From: Candidatus Binatia bacterium
GTDB taxonomy: Bacteria > Desulfobacterota > Binatia > HRBIN30
DNA: 64,000 nucleotides
Assembly: GCA_038245295.1 (NCBI GenBank)
Contig: JBBRSP010000009.1
Span: 168,241-232,240, forward strand
Reading direction: 5' to 3'
The position numbers and the translations under genes are program-made. A model generated the notes under the pieces. The model saw nothing but the letters and a program-made list of their open reading frames with translations, did no database searches and was not told where the DNA came from. Positions 29,765-41,176 of the stretch are shown here, piece after piece (position 1 is the stretch's first letter; each line of letters begins with the position of its first letter).

Positions 29765-31081
29765 ATGTCGGTGTCGCTCAAGAAGGTTCGGGCTCGCGTT
29801 GCCTCGCAAAAGAAGTTGCTGCCGTCGCTCTATGGGAAGATCGACTTCCGCCGTATGCCGGAGCGCTTCACCGAGGATGCGTCGCAAGCCATCGTCAAAG
29901 ATCGCGCCCCGATGGGCGTGGCGATGACCGACCACGAGCTCGAGCTGGTGCGCGCCTACACGATGCTCGGCGACATTGTGGCGGACGCCTATGCGGCGCT
30001 GATGCCGAAGTACAAGTTTCGCGACTTGATCCGCATGCTGGGTGAAGCGTGCGACCGCGGCATAGAGAATGTCGCCGGCGCGCCGCCCGAGCTGGCTGCC
30101 TTTGTCCACGACATGGAGCGCAAGCCGGATTGGCTCGACATGGACCTGGTGCGCGAGGGGGCGCGGTTGGATCTCAACGCGACCGCCAACGTCGCGCCCT
30201 ACGCCATTCGCGGCGCCTTCATCGCAACGTTCCTCAACAAGTACTCGGCCCTGCCGATGGCCATCACGGGAACGCTCAGCAACGAGACCGCAGCGCGTCG
30301 CGTGCGCGAGACGGCGCACTTCTTCGCCTGCACGGTGTTGCCCGGAGCGCTGGAGCGGTTCGGCGAAGGCTTCAAGGCGGCCGCGATGGTGCGCCTGATG
30401 CACTCCATGGTGCGCGTCAATGCGCTGCGCTCGGGGCGGTGGGACGCCTCGGTCTACGGTGTACCGATCCCCCAGGTCGACCAGATGCCGGCCGGCTTGA
30501 TCCCGATTTTCCTGCTCGCCTTCCGCATGCTGCGCGAGGGGAGGCGGACGTTCACACCAGGCGAGCGCGCCCAGGTCGAGCTGGCGCGTTATCGTTGCTT
30601 CCTACTCGGACTCCCCGAGGACCTGCTTGCCGATACGCCGGAGGGCATCGTGCGCATGATGACGGCGCGCAACACCACCCTGCGCGACGGCTTCGACGAC
30701 GAAACCTGCGGCCCGCTCATTCGCGCCACGCTGGCCGCCTATCTGCCGCAGGACCACAGCCTGGCGAATCAGGTCTACGACCAACTCGAGCGCCGCTTCG
30801 CGAAGCTGGTGTTCGTCGAAGCCTTTCTGGGCGGCAACCGCGACCTGGCCAAGAAAATGGGCGTCGAGATCGGCACCGACGACGTTGTCGTCGGCGCGCT
30901 CGTCGGTGCCGGCATCACGCTGCAGATGAAGGCCTTCGAGCTCGCCGAGTGGATCCCCGGCGTACGCGAGATCGCCACCTCGATCCTGGTGAAAAAGGTC
31001 GAGCAACAACTCGCCGACTACGGCCATGCGCGCTTCACCACCGACGCCTCGAGGTACCGGCCGACGGCGGCGGCCGCTTGA
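29765..31081 (+). CDS. MpaB/Lcp (DUF2236) family oxygenase-like protein
   Basis: GDIVAD, KPDWLDMDLVREG, RRVRET, VRLMHSMVR, GVPIPQVD; GGAGG RBS before ATG 29765. Confidence 0.82.
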   Translation: MSVSLKKVRARVASQKKLLPSLYGKIDFRRMPERFTEDASQAIVKDRAPMGVAMTDHELELVRAYTMLGDIVADAYAALMPKYKFRDLIRMLGEACDRGIENVAGAPPELAAFVHDMERKPDWLDMDLVREGARLDLNATANVAPYAIRGAFIATFLNKYSALPMAITGTLSNETAARRVRETAHFFACTVLPGALERFGEGFKAAAMVRLMHSMVRVNALRSGRWDASVYGVPIPQVDQMPAGLIPIFLLAFRMLREGRRTFTPGERAQVELARYRCFLLGLPEDLLADTPEGIVRMMTARNTTLRDGFDDETCGPLIRATLAAYLPQDHSLANQVYDQLERRFAKLVFVEAFLGGNRDLAKKMGVEIGTDDVVVGALVGAGITLQMKAFELAEWIPGVREIATSILVKKVEQQLADYGHARFTTDASRYRPTAAAA

Positions 31082-31169
31082 TCCGCGTTCCCCTGCTGCG
31101 TTTTGCCTCCTGCCTCTTGCCTGCTGTTTTTGGTTCCCGGCGACCTTGTAGGGCGCCTGCTCTGAACGG

Positions 31170-32270
31170 TCAGCGCACGCTGTCGATCTGGAAGAGCGGC
31201 ACGGGCCTGCTGAGGCCCTTGAATTCGTGGTCGCCCAGGCTCGATGCCGCTACCCGATCGTCGACCGCTGCATGCACGCGATGGGTGACGAGAATCTGTC
31301 CGCCGCGCGCCATGGCGCACACGCGGGCGGCGAGGTTCACCACGGTGCCGATCGCCGTGTACTCGGTGCGACCCTCGAAGCCGATCTCGCCGCACGTGGC
31401 GTAGCCTACGGCGATGCCGATGCCGAGCGTCAGGTCGTGGCCACGCCGCCGCCACTGCTGCGACAGCGCGGCGGTGCGCTCGCGCATCGCGATGGCCAGT
31501 CGCACCGCGTTCCACGCCGGGTCGTCGAGCTGCACGGGATCGTTGAAGAACACGAGCATGCCGTCGCCGGTGAACTGGGCAATGGTGCCCTCGTGTTCGA
31601 AGATCATCGGGCCGACCGCGTGATGGAACTCGCGCAGCACGGCCATGACCTCCTCCGGCTCGGCCGTCTCGGAGAACGCGGTGAAGCCGCGCAGGTCGCA
31701 GAACAACACCGTGATCTCACGGCGGTGACTGGCGAGGATCGAGTCGCCGCCGGCGGCGATGGCCTCGGCCAACTGCGGGGTGACGAAGCGCCGCAGCATG
31801 TTGAGCCGCTCCACCTCGCGCACCTTCTCGTCGACGCGCTCGCTGAGCCGCGTGTTCCACTGCACCAGCTCGTCGGTCATCCGCTTCTTGTCGAGGCAGG
31901 CGCCGAGCCGGGCGTGCAGCAGGACGGGATCGAATGGCTTCGGTAGGTAGTCCTCGGCGCCGAGCTTGATGCAGGCGATGATCGAGTCCATCTCGTCGAC
32001 GCCGGAGATGACGATGAACGGGATGGTCTTCAAGCGGGCGTCGCCGCTGCGGTGCGTCAGCAGCCCATAGCCGTCCATCTCCGGCATCTCGATATCGGTG
32101 AGCACCACGTCGATCGCCTGTTCGGTGAGAACCGCGATGGCTTCGCGACCGTTGGCTGCCTCGCGCACCCGGTGCCCTTCGGCTTCGAGTGACATGGCAA
32201 GCATGGTACGGTTGAGCGGATCGTCGTCGACGACGAGGATCGTGGCGGGTTTCGTGGGCATTGCGTCCAT
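31170..32270 (-). CDS. Response regulator receiver-adenylate/guanylate cyclase
   Basis: REC (VVDDD, DIEMPEMDG, DYLPKPF) plus class III cyclase (LFCDLRGFT, GDG, YTAIGTVVNLAAR). Confidence 0.93.
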   Translation of the reverse strand: MDAMPTKPATILVVDDDPLNRTMLAMSLEAEGHRVREAANGREAIAVLTEQAIDVVLTDIEMPEMDGYGLLTHRSGDARLKTIPFIVISGVDEMDSIIACIKLGAEDYLPKPFDPVLLHARLGACLDKKRMTDELVQWNTRLSERVDEKVREVERLNMLRRFVTPQLAEAIAAGGDSILASHRREITVLFCDLRGFTAFSETAEPEEVMAVLREFHHAVGPMIFEHEGTIAQFTGDGMLVFFNDPVQLDDPAWNAVRLAIAMRERTAALSQQWRRRGHDLTLGIGIAVGYATCGEIGFEGRTEYTAIGTVVNLAARVCAMARGGQILVTHRVHAAVDDRVAASSLGDHEFKGLSRPVPLFQIDSVR

Positions 32271-32592
32271 CCTCGCGTCACCAACGCATCATCTGGGCAC
32301 ACGGCGATGTCGGCCGGATCATCCAGCCGCGGCAGAATCACATCCCCATCCTCGAAGCGATAGTTTGATGATCCCGCTCGCTCGCAAGTTCACTTCCTAT
32401 TCGGCACCGACGAACTCGCGCCGCCGAGCCGCGAGGCCTATTCGAAGGTGTCCTATCTTGACCGCGGAATGATGTCCAGATCAGCCAAGGTGGGATAGCG
32501 CTCCAGTTCACGGTCGTTGACTCTCGCGCTCCAAGTGGTCCAGGATGCCGACGCGCGCGGGATCGCGCTCGCACGGCGAGGAGGGAATCATC

Positions 32593-34413
32593 ATGGGGCG
32601 ACGACGGCTCGGCCAGTTTTGTCTCGTATTGGCACTGCTCAGCGCGAGCCTCGCGCCCGAGGCCTTCGCGCTCTCTACGGCGTTCACCTACCAGGGACAA
32701 TTGCAGAAGGATGGCGGTTCCTCCAACGGGGCCTGCGATTTCCGCTTCCTGCTGTTCGACGCGGTCGGTAGCGGTGCACCGCCGGCGGGCGGCACCCAGA
32801 TCGGCAACACCGCGGCGCGAGACGCTGTCGACGTATCCGGCGGTGTGTTCACGGTGCCGCTCGACTTCGGCGCCGCCGCCTTCAGCGCGGGGAACGATCG
32901 CTGGCTGCAGATCGCCGTGCGCTGTCCGGCCGGGAGCGGGTCGTACCAGACACTGGCCCCGCGACAGCCGCTCACGCCGGCGCCGTTCGCGCTCTTTGCC
33001 AATGCCATCGCTGACGGATCCGTGAGTACGGCGAAGATCGCACCGGGCGCGGTCACGGCGTCAAATCTCGCGAACAACGCTGTCACCGCGGCGCAGATCG
33101 CCGACGGAAGCGTTACCACCAGCGAGCTCGCCAACGGCGCGGTGAGCACGGCGAAAATCGGTGACGGCCAGGTCACCAGCGCCAAGCTCGTCGCACCGCT
33201 GCGTCTGACGTCGTCGGTGGCGAACACCAAGATCGGCGCTTTCGACGGCACTTCAACCGGCTCGGACGGCATCGGGGTGAGCGGCACGGCCGGCAGCGGC
33301 ATCAATTCAGTTGGCGTGTTCGGCTCCGCGAATGCAGGCACCGGCGTGGTCGGTGAAAGTAACGACGGCGACGGTGTGCGGGGTACGAGTCGTGACGGGG
33401 CCGGCGTCTACGGTGAGAGTCTGAGCGCTCCCGGCGTCTGGGGCGAGAGTGCTGATGACGGAGTGTTTGGAGTTTCGACCGGGTCTGGCGTTGGAGTCAG
33501 CGGGGTGGCCATGGAGGGCGCCGGCGTGTACGGCGAGAGTATCAACGGGACTGGCGTCCTAGGTGAGGGCAAAGCATCCGGGGTCAGGGGATTCAGTGCC
33601 ACGGGCGAGGGGGTCATTGGAGTGTCCGTAAAGCTCAGCGGCGTCGGCGTGCACGGGATTGCGAACGTCAGCGGCGACTTGGGTCTGGCGAGGGGCGTGT
33701 TTGGCGAGAGTAACGATGGAGTTGGCGTGGTCGGCCTGAGTCACGACAACGTTGGTGTCGCAGGTGCTGGCAGGATCGGCGTGGCCGGTACCACTCTAGC
33801 AGAGGACGGCGCCGGCGTTGGTGGAGAGAGCCTGAGCAACAACGGCGACGGCGTGCGTGGCAAGGCCACGTTTGGCATCGGCGTGCGCGGCGAAAGCGCC
33901 TCGGGCCTCGCCGGCTTGTTTGTCGGTCCCGTAGCAGTGTCTGGCGTGCTGACGGCGGGCCAGAAGCTGTTCAAGATCGATCACCCGCTCGACCCGGCGA
34001 ACAAGTACCTCATGCATGCCGCCGTCGAGAGTCCCGAGCTGAAGAACATCTACGACGGCGTCGTCGTGCTCGACACGAACGGCGAGGCCCTGGTCGAGCT
34101 GCCGCAGTGGTTCGAGGCGCTGAACCGCGACTTCCGCTACCAGCTTACGTGCATCGGTGGTGTCGCGCTCGTATACGTGGCTGACGAGATCAGCGAGGGC
34201 CACTTCCGCATCGCCGGCGGGACCCCGGGGCTGAAGGTCTCGTGGCAGATCACCGGCGTTCGCAAGGATGCGTTTGCCGTCGCCCATCCACTCGTCGTGG
34301 AAGCGGAGAAGACGGCCGACGAGCGTGGGCGCTACCTCTATCCCAGGGAACTGGGCATGCCGGCCTCCCTGTCCGTCGATCGCACCAGTGGTAAATCGAT
34401 CCCGTTCCCCTAG
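32593..34413 (+). CDS. Secreted repeat-rich fibre/adhesin-like protein
   Basis: Signal peptide (AFA), TAFTYQGQL domain, 10-aa (I/L)AxGxVTxxK repeats, many GVxGxS repeats, C-terminal FKIDHPLDPANKYLMH domain. Confidence 0.75.
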   Translation: MGRRRLGQFCLVLALLSASLAPEAFALSTAFTYQGQLQKDGGSSNGACDFRFLLFDAVGSGAPPAGGTQIGNTAARDAVDVSGGVFTVPLDFGAAAFSAGNDRWLQIAVRCPAGSGSYQTLAPRQPLTPAPFALFANAIADGSVSTAKIAPGAVTASNLANNAVTAAQIADGSVTTSELANGAVSTAKIGDGQVTSAKLVAPLRLTSSVANTKIGAFDGTSTGSDGIGVSGTAGSGINSVGVFGSANAGTGVVGESNDGDGVRGTSRDGAGVYGESLSAPGVWGESADDGVFGVSTGSGVGVSGVAMEGAGVYGESINGTGVLGEGKASGVRGFSATGEGVIGVSVKLSGVGVHGIANVSGDLGLARGVFGESNDGVGVVGLSHDNVGVAGAGRIGVAGTTLAEDGAGVGGESLSNNGDGVRGKATFGIGVRGESASGLAGLFVGPVAVSGVLTAGQKLFKIDHPLDPANKYLMHAAVESPELKNIYDGVVVLDTNGEALVELPQWFEALNRDFRYQLTCIGGVALVYVADEISEGHFRIAGGTPGLKVSWQITGVRKDAFAVAHPLVVEAEKTADERGRYLYPRELGMPASLSVDRTSGKSIPFP

Positions 34414-34452
34414 GCAGAGCTTATGTGAGCTGCCGTCGGCGCGGAGAAGAGC

Positions 34453-37400
34453 CTAAGGTTTCGCGAGTGCGGCGCGCGCTCCGTCGAATTCCTTGGCGAT
34501 GCGACTTACCGCCTCGGCGGCGCCGCCGAGCTCGCCGGCGCGGGCCCGCGCCTCGAGTGCCGCGCACAGCTCTCCCAGCTCGGTCGCTCCGAAACTCGCC
34601 GCATTCGATTTCAGCGTGTGGGCGTGGCGGCGAAGCGCGTCGACGTCGCCCGCACCCGCAGCCTCGGCCATCTTTGCGATCAACACCACCCCGTTGTCGA
34701 GGAACGACGCCACCAGACGGGCGAGCGCCTCGGGCTTCGGGGCGATGGTCTGGAGCCGTGCGAGGGCCTTGGGGTCGAGCACCGTGACGGTCGGACGATC
34801 CGCAGCTCGATTCGGCGTCGCCGCCAGCGCCGCGGCAAGCTCCTCGGTGCGGATCGGCTTGGCGAGGTAGTCGTCCATGCCGGCGGCGAGACACGCTTCG
34901 CGATCGCCTTGCATCGCATTCGCGGTCATCGCAACGATGCGCGGCTGCGGGCTCGGCCCGTCCGAACGGATACGACGGGTGGCCTCCAAGCCATCCATCT
35001 CGGGCATCTGCACGTCCATCAGTACCAGGTCGTACGGCAAGCGGTTCACCGCCTCGACCGCCTCGACGCCGTTGGCGGCGACATCGGCGCGATACCCCAT
35101 CGATTCCAGCAGCAGGATGGCGAGCTGTTGGTTCACGTTGTTGTCCTCGGCGAGAAGGATGCGCAGCGGATGTCGCTCGCCGAGTGATGTGGCCGATCCT
35201 TCGTCAATAGTCGCACGCTCGATGGTACCATCGCTCAGCAGCGAGACGAGCACGTCGAAGAGCTGCGACTGCTTCACCGGCTTGGCGACGACGGCGGCGA
35301 ATACCGGATCGACCTGCTCGGCGCCGCCGAGCGAGGTGTACAGCACCAGCGGCAGCTCGGGCCGTAGCGCCCGCAGCCGATGCGCGAGCTCTAGGCCGTC
35401 CATGCCGGGCATGTGCATGTCGAGGATCGCCAGGTCGAACAGATCGCCGCGCTCGACGAGCGCCAGCGCCTCCTCGCCCGTCTCCACCGAATGACCGTGG
35501 AGGCCCCAAGCTTCGGTCTGGAGATCGAGGATGCGCCGGTTGATGGCGTTGTCGTCGACCAGCAGGACGTGCTTGCCGGTCAGCTCGCTCGGTACACCCG
35601 CCGCCGCCGCCCGCGACGGAACGTCCGCCGCTGCCGCGATGACGGTGAAGTGGAATGTGGAACCCTCGCCCGCGACGCTCTCCACCCACATGGTGCCACC
35701 CATCAGCTCGGCCAGACGCTTGCTGACGGCGAGACCGAGGCCGGTGCCGCCGTATTTGCGCGTCGTCGACGAGTCGAGCTGGCTGAACTCCTCGAACAGG
35801 CGGTGCACGCGATCGGCGGGGATGCCGATGCCGGTGTCGCGCACGGCGAGGTGCACCTGATTGGGCTCGCTGCCGGGCTCGGCGCTGAGCACCACCTCGC
35901 CGGTTTCGGTAAACTTCACCGCGTTGCCGAGTAGGTTGACCAGCACCTGACGGAAGCGCGTGACGTCACCGCTCAGACCCGCGGGCAGGCCCGGATCGAT
36001 GAGAAAGGCGAGCTCGAGTCCCTTACGCGCCGCCGGCTCGGTGACGAGATCGAACGCCGACTCGATACAGGCCCGCAGATCGAACGGGTGCGTCTCCAGC
36101 TCCAGCCGGCCGGCATCGATCTTCGAGAAGTCGAGGATGTCGTTGATGATGCCGAGCAGCGACTCGCCGCTCGAGCGAATGATCTCGGCGAACTCGCGCT
36201 GGCGCGGCGCGAGGGCGGTGTCGAGCAGCAGGCCGCTCATGCCGATCACGGCGTTCATCGGCGTGCGGATCTCGTGGCTCATCGTCGCCAAGAACGACCC
36301 CTTCGCCGCGTTCGCCTCCTCGGCGAGGCGCGTCTGCTCCTCGATCTCGCGCAGCAGGCGGGCGTTGTCGACGGCAATCGCTGCCTGGCCGGCGAAGGTC
36401 TGCAGCAACGACACCTGTTCCTCCGAGAATCCGCCGGCGCGATCGCCGACGAAGCCGACGACGCCGACGGTCACCCCGTTGCGCACCATCGGCACGACGA
36501 GCGAGCTGCTGCGACCCGCGCCGCGCGCCAGCGAGCTCGGGTAGACGTCGGCGGGCAGCGCGCTCCAATCGCGCACGTGGATCATCTCGCCGCTCATCGC
36601 CGCGTCGCCGAGGGGCGAGGAGTCGTCGATGGCGAAGCGGTCACCGGCCACCGAGGTCGCCGGACCGGCCTGGGCGACGGCAACCAGTTCATCGCCGTCG
36701 CGCACGACGATGAGGGCACCCGCCCCACCGCCGAGGCGGTCGGCGTGGTGGACGACCGCGTCGTAGACCGGCTGGAGATCGAGGCGCGAGGTGCTGACCG
36801 CATCGAGCACCTGCGTCATTGCCGTTTGTCGTTCGAGCGCGGCGTCCAGATCGTTGAACAACCTGGCGTTGCCGATCGCGATCGCCGCCTGTTCGGCGAA
36901 GACCTGGGCGATACGACCGTGCCGCGGCTCGAACGGCCGCACCTCTCTCCGCGTCAGGGTCAGGATGCCGTAGGGCTCGCCGTCGACGATCAAGGGCGCC
37001 AGCAAGCAGCTCCGGACTTCCGTCGGCACACCCGGCATGAGGGCGGTCATGTCGTCAACGAACCGCACGGTGGTCGACCAGTCCTGCGCTGGTGGACTCG
37101 ACGATCGAAAATGCCCGACGTTTCCCTGGAGGTGCTCGTAGCTCGTCGCCTGGAGCACGAACTCCTCACCTTCGAGGCGACTGATGCTGGCGCCGTCGGC
37201 ATCGCCCAGACGAGCGGCCTGGGCGACGATGCCGGCGAACACCTTGCGCAGATCACCGGGGTTGGCGCTGATGAGCGCGAGGACCTCGCTGGTGGAGGTC
37301 TGCAGCTCCAGCGACTCGCCCAGCTCGGCGTTGCGCTGTTCGATCTCGACCAGGAGGTGGGCGTTGTTCACGGCGACCGCCGCCTGATCCACGAAGGTCT

Positions 37401-40400
37401 TCAGCAGGGAAACCTCGGCATCGGTGTAGCCGCCGCTCGTGAAGCGGGAGAACGCGACGACGCCGACGGCGACGTCGTCGCGAATCATCGGGATGGAGAG
37501 GGCGCTCTTGGCGCCGGCTCGCCGGCTCGGCGCGTTCGGGTAGCGATCCGCCGGTTCGTCATCCCAATTTCTGATGTGGACGATCTCGCGCCGGTGTGCA
37601 CTGGCTCCGAACAGGGTGCTGTCGTCAATCGGCATGATTCCGAACGCCGACGAGGCATCAGGCACCCCCGCCTTCGCCACAACGACGAGTCCATCGCCGC
37701 GACGCATCGCCACCAGCGCGCCGGTTCCGCCGCAGAGGCGGTCGGCATGGCGGGCGAGGACGTCGAACACCGGCGTCAGATCGGTGCGCGCCGTGCTGAC
37801 CGCGTCGAGTAGCTCGGTCATCGCCTCTTGTCGGGCGAGCGACTCGGCGAGGTCGTTGAACAGACCGGCATTGGTGACGGCGATCACCGCCTGGTCGGCG
37901 AACGCTTGCAGGATGGCTGCTTGTGCGGAGGTGAACGGCCTGACCACGCGCCGGCCCAGGAGGATGTTGCCGAGATGCTTGCCCCGCCCGACGAGCGGGA
38001 CGATCATCTGGCTGCGGTTCCCGGTCTCGCGGACGAACTCGGCGATGGACGAGTGATCATCGGCCGTGACCAAGCTCAGCACGTCGTCGGCCATCAGTGG
38101 CTGATCGATGTCCCAAAGTGCCTTGGTGGCCGGCAGGACACGGCCCGTCATGGATCCCGTTGGGTTGTCGTCGGCGGCGACGGTGACGGTGTCGTCGTCG
38201 CGCAGGAGGAGGAAGATGAGACCCTGGTCGGCGTCGCACAGCCGGTGCGCCTGGGCCAGGATGCCCTGGAGCACGGTGCGAAGCTCGCCCGGATGCTCGC
38301 TGATCAGCCGCAACACCTCGGCCATCGCGGTCTGCAGCTCCAGCGCCGCATCGAGGTCGTTGAACAGTTTGGCGTTGCCGATGGCGATCGCTGCCTGCTC
38401 GGCGAAGACCTCGACGATGCGACCGTGGCGCGGCTCGAACGGGCGGATCTCGGTTCGGTTCAGGTTGAGGTTGCCGTACACGGCACCGTCGACGAGCAGG
38501 GGCGCGGTCAGCATGCTGCGCACTTCCGGCAGCGACGGGTCGAGGGCTGAATAGTCGTCGATGAACTGCGTGACGGAGAGATTCGCGACCGTACGGATTG
38601 GAATGCGATACCGCCCGACCAGACCCTCGTGCGCCGGATTGCTCGTCGCCTGCAACAACAAGTGATCACCGTCCAGCACGGATATGCCCGCCCCATAGGC
38701 GTCGCACAGACGCGCGGCTTGGCCGACGATACCGTCGAAGACCTTGCGCAGATCACCGGGGTTGGCGCTGATGAGCGCGAGGATCTCGCTCGTCGCGGTC
38801 TGCAGTTCCAGAGACTCGGCGAGATCGCTGTTGCGCTTTTCGATCTCGCGCAGCAGCCGAGCGTTCTCGACCGCGATCGCCGCCTGGTTGGCGAACGCCT
38901 GCAGCAGCGAGACCTCCCCTTCGCTGTAGCCACCTCGCATCAAGCGCATCACGCTGAGGGCGCCCACGGCCGTGCCATCACGCAGCATCGGGACACACGC
39001 CACCTCCGCGCCGGTCGTGCGTAGCACCGGCGAGTTGGCAAAATACTCGGCGGGGCGGCTGTCCCAGTCGTCGATGGTGATCGCCTTCTCGGACAGGATC
39101 GTGGCGCCACTGACCGAGGTATCGTCGAGATCACTCCACTGCCAGTCGAGGCTCGATGCGACACCACCGTCGATTGCCGCGACCTGTACCCGGTCACCCT
39201 GCCGCAGCACGATCCCGCTAGACTGACTGCCGCACAAGCGGCTCGCATGTCCGACGATGCGGTCGAACACCGGCTGCAGATCGAAGCGGGCGGTGCTCAC
39301 CGCGTCGAGCACATCGGTCATCGCCCGTTGCCGCGCCAACGCCGCATCGAGGTCGTTGAACAGCTTGGCGTTGGCGATTGCGATCGCTGCCTGCTCGCCG
39401 AAGGCATTGAGGATGTTGGCTTCCCGTTCGTCGAACGGGCGCACCTGGTGGCGATACCCCCCCAACATACCGTACAGCGCGCCGTCGATGTGCAAGCCGA
39501 CCGCCAGAAAGCTGCGGACGTCTTCCGGTATCGTACGCTCCGGCGCCGAGAGCGCAGATAGGTCGTCCACACGGATGGTCTCGCCGGCGCTCAGCGCCAC
39601 GATAGTCGTGCGCACTGCCGGCCACGACAAACCCACCGTTTCGGGATGGTGTGGATTCGCCAGGAACGTCATCGAGTCACCACCATCGAACCGACAAACG
39701 ATCCCGGCGTCGGCGTCGCACAGGCGAACCGCCCGTTCGATCAGGCCGTTCATCACCGCGATGAGGTCGCCCGGATGGGCGCTGATGAGCGCGAGCACCT
39801 CGCTGGTGGCGGTCTTGAGCTTGAGCGACTCGTCGAGTTCGTTGTTGCGACGTTCGATCTCGCGCAGCAGGCGGGCATTGTCGACGGCGATCGCCGCCTG
39901 GTTGGCGAACGTCTGCAGCAGCGCGATCTCCGCATCCGTGTAGCCGCCCCGTTGCGGGCGGCTGAAGGTGATCGCGCCGAGGGCCGTTCCATCGCGCAGC
40001 ATCGGCACCGCCACCACCTCGCCGTCGTACGATCGCGCCACGGGCGACAAGGGGTACTGGTCGGCCGGTCGAGCAGCCCAATCGGGGATCGAGATCACTC
40101 GCCCGGTGAGGATGCTTTCACCGCTCGCCGACGTGTCGTCGAGCGGGCCGTGCTCCCACAGCGCGGGGGCGGCGCTGCTCGTTGCCGCCAAGAGCACGCC
40201 GTCACCCTCTCGCACGAAGATCATCGCACCGCTGCCGTTGCACAGGCGGCCCGCATGCGCGGCGATGCGCTGGAACACGGGCTGCAAATCGACCCGCGCG
40301 GTGCTCACCGCGTCGAGGACATCGCCCATCGCCTGTTGCCGCAGCAACGACTCCTCGAGGTCGTTGAACAGGCGCGCGTTGGCGATGGCAAGCGACGCCT

Positions 40401-40947
40401 GTTCGCCGAATGCGGCGAGTGCGGTGAGCTCGTCGTCGCTGAACGGCCGCACCTCGTGGCGGTACATGTGCAACCCGCCAACGCCGACGCCGTTGGCCGT
40501 GAGCGGCACGGAGGCATAGCTGCGCACGCGGGCAACGGTCACCAGTTCCTCGAAGTAGGCGATGCCCTTGGTCGCCTCGGCAAAATCGTCGACGTGGATC
40601 GCGCCGGATGGCGAAAGGGAAAAGCGCTCCGGCTCGGCCGAATCCCGCTTCACCCGCGTGCCGATGTACGGCGCCATCGCCGGCCCGTGCGAGGCCACGT
40701 AGCGGAGGAAGTCGCCCTCATCGAGCGTGATCGAACCGGCCTCTCCCCCGCACAGCTCGGCCGCCTTGGCGAGGATGCCATGGAGCACGGTCGTCAGGTC
40801 CCCGGGGTGGGCGCTGATCAGCCGCAGCGTCTCGGTCGTGGCCGAGAGCATGGCGCGGACGAGCTGCGAGCTCGACGAAGCTTTTCGGGTCGGACGCTGC
40901 CGCCGACCCGCCGGCCCCTTCTTATCTGGGGCGTCAGTGGCGCTCAT
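34453..40947 (-). CDS. Cytoplasmic hybrid histidine kinase: 9 GAF + HisKA + HATPase + 2 REC + Hpt
   Basis: Nine QAAIAxxNAxL GAF ends; [31 protein letters not shown]; two REC domains; AHTLKS Hpt. Probable start ATG 40947. Confidence 0.93.
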   Translation of the reverse strand: MSATDAPDKKGPAGRRQRPTRKASSSSQLVRAMLSATTETLRLISAHPGDLTTVLHGILAKAAELCGGEAGSITLDEGDFLRYVASHGPAMAPYIGTRVKRDSAEPERFSLSPSGAIHVDDFAEATKGIAYFEELVTVARVRSYASVPLTANGVGVGGLHMYRHEVRPFSDDELTALAAFGEQASLAIANARLFNDLEESLLRQQAMGDVLDAVSTARVDLQPVFQRIAAHAGRLCNGSGAMIFVREGDGVLLAATSSAAPALWEHGPLDDTSASGESILTGRVISIPDWAARPADQYPLSPVARSYDGEVVAVPMLRDGTALGAITFSRPQRGGYTDAEIALLQTFANQAAIAVDNARLLREIERRNNELDESLKLKTATSEVLALISAHPGDLIAVMNGLIERAVRLCDADAGIVCRFDGGDSMTFLANPHHPETVGLSWPAVRTTIVALSAGETIRVDDLSALSAPERTIPEDVRSFLAVGLHIDGALYGMLGGYRHQVRPFDEREANILNAFGEQAAIAIANAKLFNDLDAALARQRAMTDVLDAVSTARFDLQPVFDRIVGHASRLCGSQSSGIVLRQGDRVQVAAIDGGVASSLDWQWSDLDDTSVSGATILSEKAITIDDWDSRPAEYFANSPVLRTTGAEVACVPMLRDGTAVGALSVMRLMRGGYSEGEVSLLQAFANQAAIAVENARLLREIEKRNSDLAESLELQTATSEILALISANPGDLRKVFDGIVGQAARLCDAYGAGISVLDGDHLLLQATSNPAHEGLVGRYRIPIRTVANLSVTQFIDDYSALDPSLPEVRSMLTAPLLVDGAVYGNLNLNRTEIRPFEPRHGRIVEVFAEQAAIAIGNAKLFNDLDAALELQTAMAEVLRLISEHPGELRTVLQGILAQAHRLCDADQGLIFLLLRDDDTVTVAADDNPTGSMTGRVLPATKALWDIDQPLMADDVLSLVTADDHSSIAEFVRETGNRSQMIVPLVGRGKHLGNILLGRRVVRPFTSAQAAILQAFADQAVIAVTNAGLFNDLAESLARQEAMTELLDAVSTARTDLTPVFDVLARHADRLCGGTGALVAMRRGDGLVVVAKAGVPDASSAFGIMPIDDSTLFGASAHRREIVHIRNWDDEPADRYPNAPSRRAGAKSALSIPMIRDDVAVGVVAFSRFTSGGYTDAEVSLLKTFVDQAAVAVNNAHLLVEIEQRNAELGESLELQTSTSEVLALISANPGDLRKVFAGIVAQAARLGDADGASISRLEGEEFVLQATSYEHLQGNVGHFRSSSPPAQDWSTTVRFVDDMTALMPGVPTEVRSCLLAPLIVDGEPYGILTLTRREVRPFEPRHGRIAQVFAEQAAIAIGNARLFNDLDAALERQTAMTQVLDAVSTSRLDLQPVYDAVVHHADRLGGGAGALIVVRDGDELVAVAQAGPATSVAGDRFAIDDSSPLGDAAMSGEMIHVRDWSALPADVYPSSLARGAGRSSSLVVPMVRNGVTVGVVGFVGDRAGGFSEEQVSLLQTFAGQAAIAVDNARLLREIEEQTRLAEEANAAKGSFLATMSHEIRTPMNAVIGMSGLLLDTALAPRQREFAEIIRSSGESLLGIINDILDFSKIDAGRLELETHPFDLRACIESAFDLVTEPAARKGLELAFLIDPGLPAGLSGDVTRFRQVLVNLLGNAVKFTETGEVVLSAEPGSEPNQVHLAVRDTGIGIPADRVHRLFEEFSQLDSSTTRKYGGTGLGLAVSKRLAELMGGTMWVESVAGEGSTFHFTVIAAAADVPSRAAAAGVPSELTGKHVLLVDDNAINRRILDLQTEAWGLHGHSVETGEEALALVERGDLFDLAILDMHMPGMDGLELAHRLRALRPELPLVLYTSLGGAEQVDPVFAAVVAKPVKQSQLFDVLVSLLSDGTIERATIDEGSATSLGERHPLRILLAEDNNVNQQLAILLLESMGYRADVAANGVEAVEAVNRLPYDLVLMDVQMPEMDGLEATRRIRSDGPSPQPRIVAMTANAMQGDREACLAAGMDDYLAKPIRTEELAAALAATPNRAADRPTVTVLDPKALARLQTIAPKPEALARLVASFLDNGVVLIAKMAEAAGAGDVDALRRHAHTLKSNAASFGATELGELCAALEARARAGELGGAAEAVSRIAKEFDGARAALAKP

Positions 40948-41067
40948 GCGGGAATGTGGATACGCCGTGCTGCTGCGGCGGTCAATCGTCAGTCGGACAG
41001 CCTCCAACGGCTTGGGGATCTCACGCAGAGTCGCAAAGGCGCAGAGAGAACACGAGGGCGTTTGCCC

Positions 41068-41163
41068 GGACACCCACCCTTGAGCGGCGTCGCTTATGTT
41101 GGCTCGCTGCGTAGTTGAGCGACCTCTGCGGGAAAGCGTTATCTTTGACGGGGGTGGGTGTCC
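41068..41163. repeat. Inverted pair of GGACACCCACC motifs (REPIN-like) at the BVMO truncation point
   Basis: GGACACCCACC at 41068-41078 and GGTGGGTGTCC at 41153-41163. Confidence 0.65.
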
Positions 41164-41176
41164 TCCTGGTGTCCTC

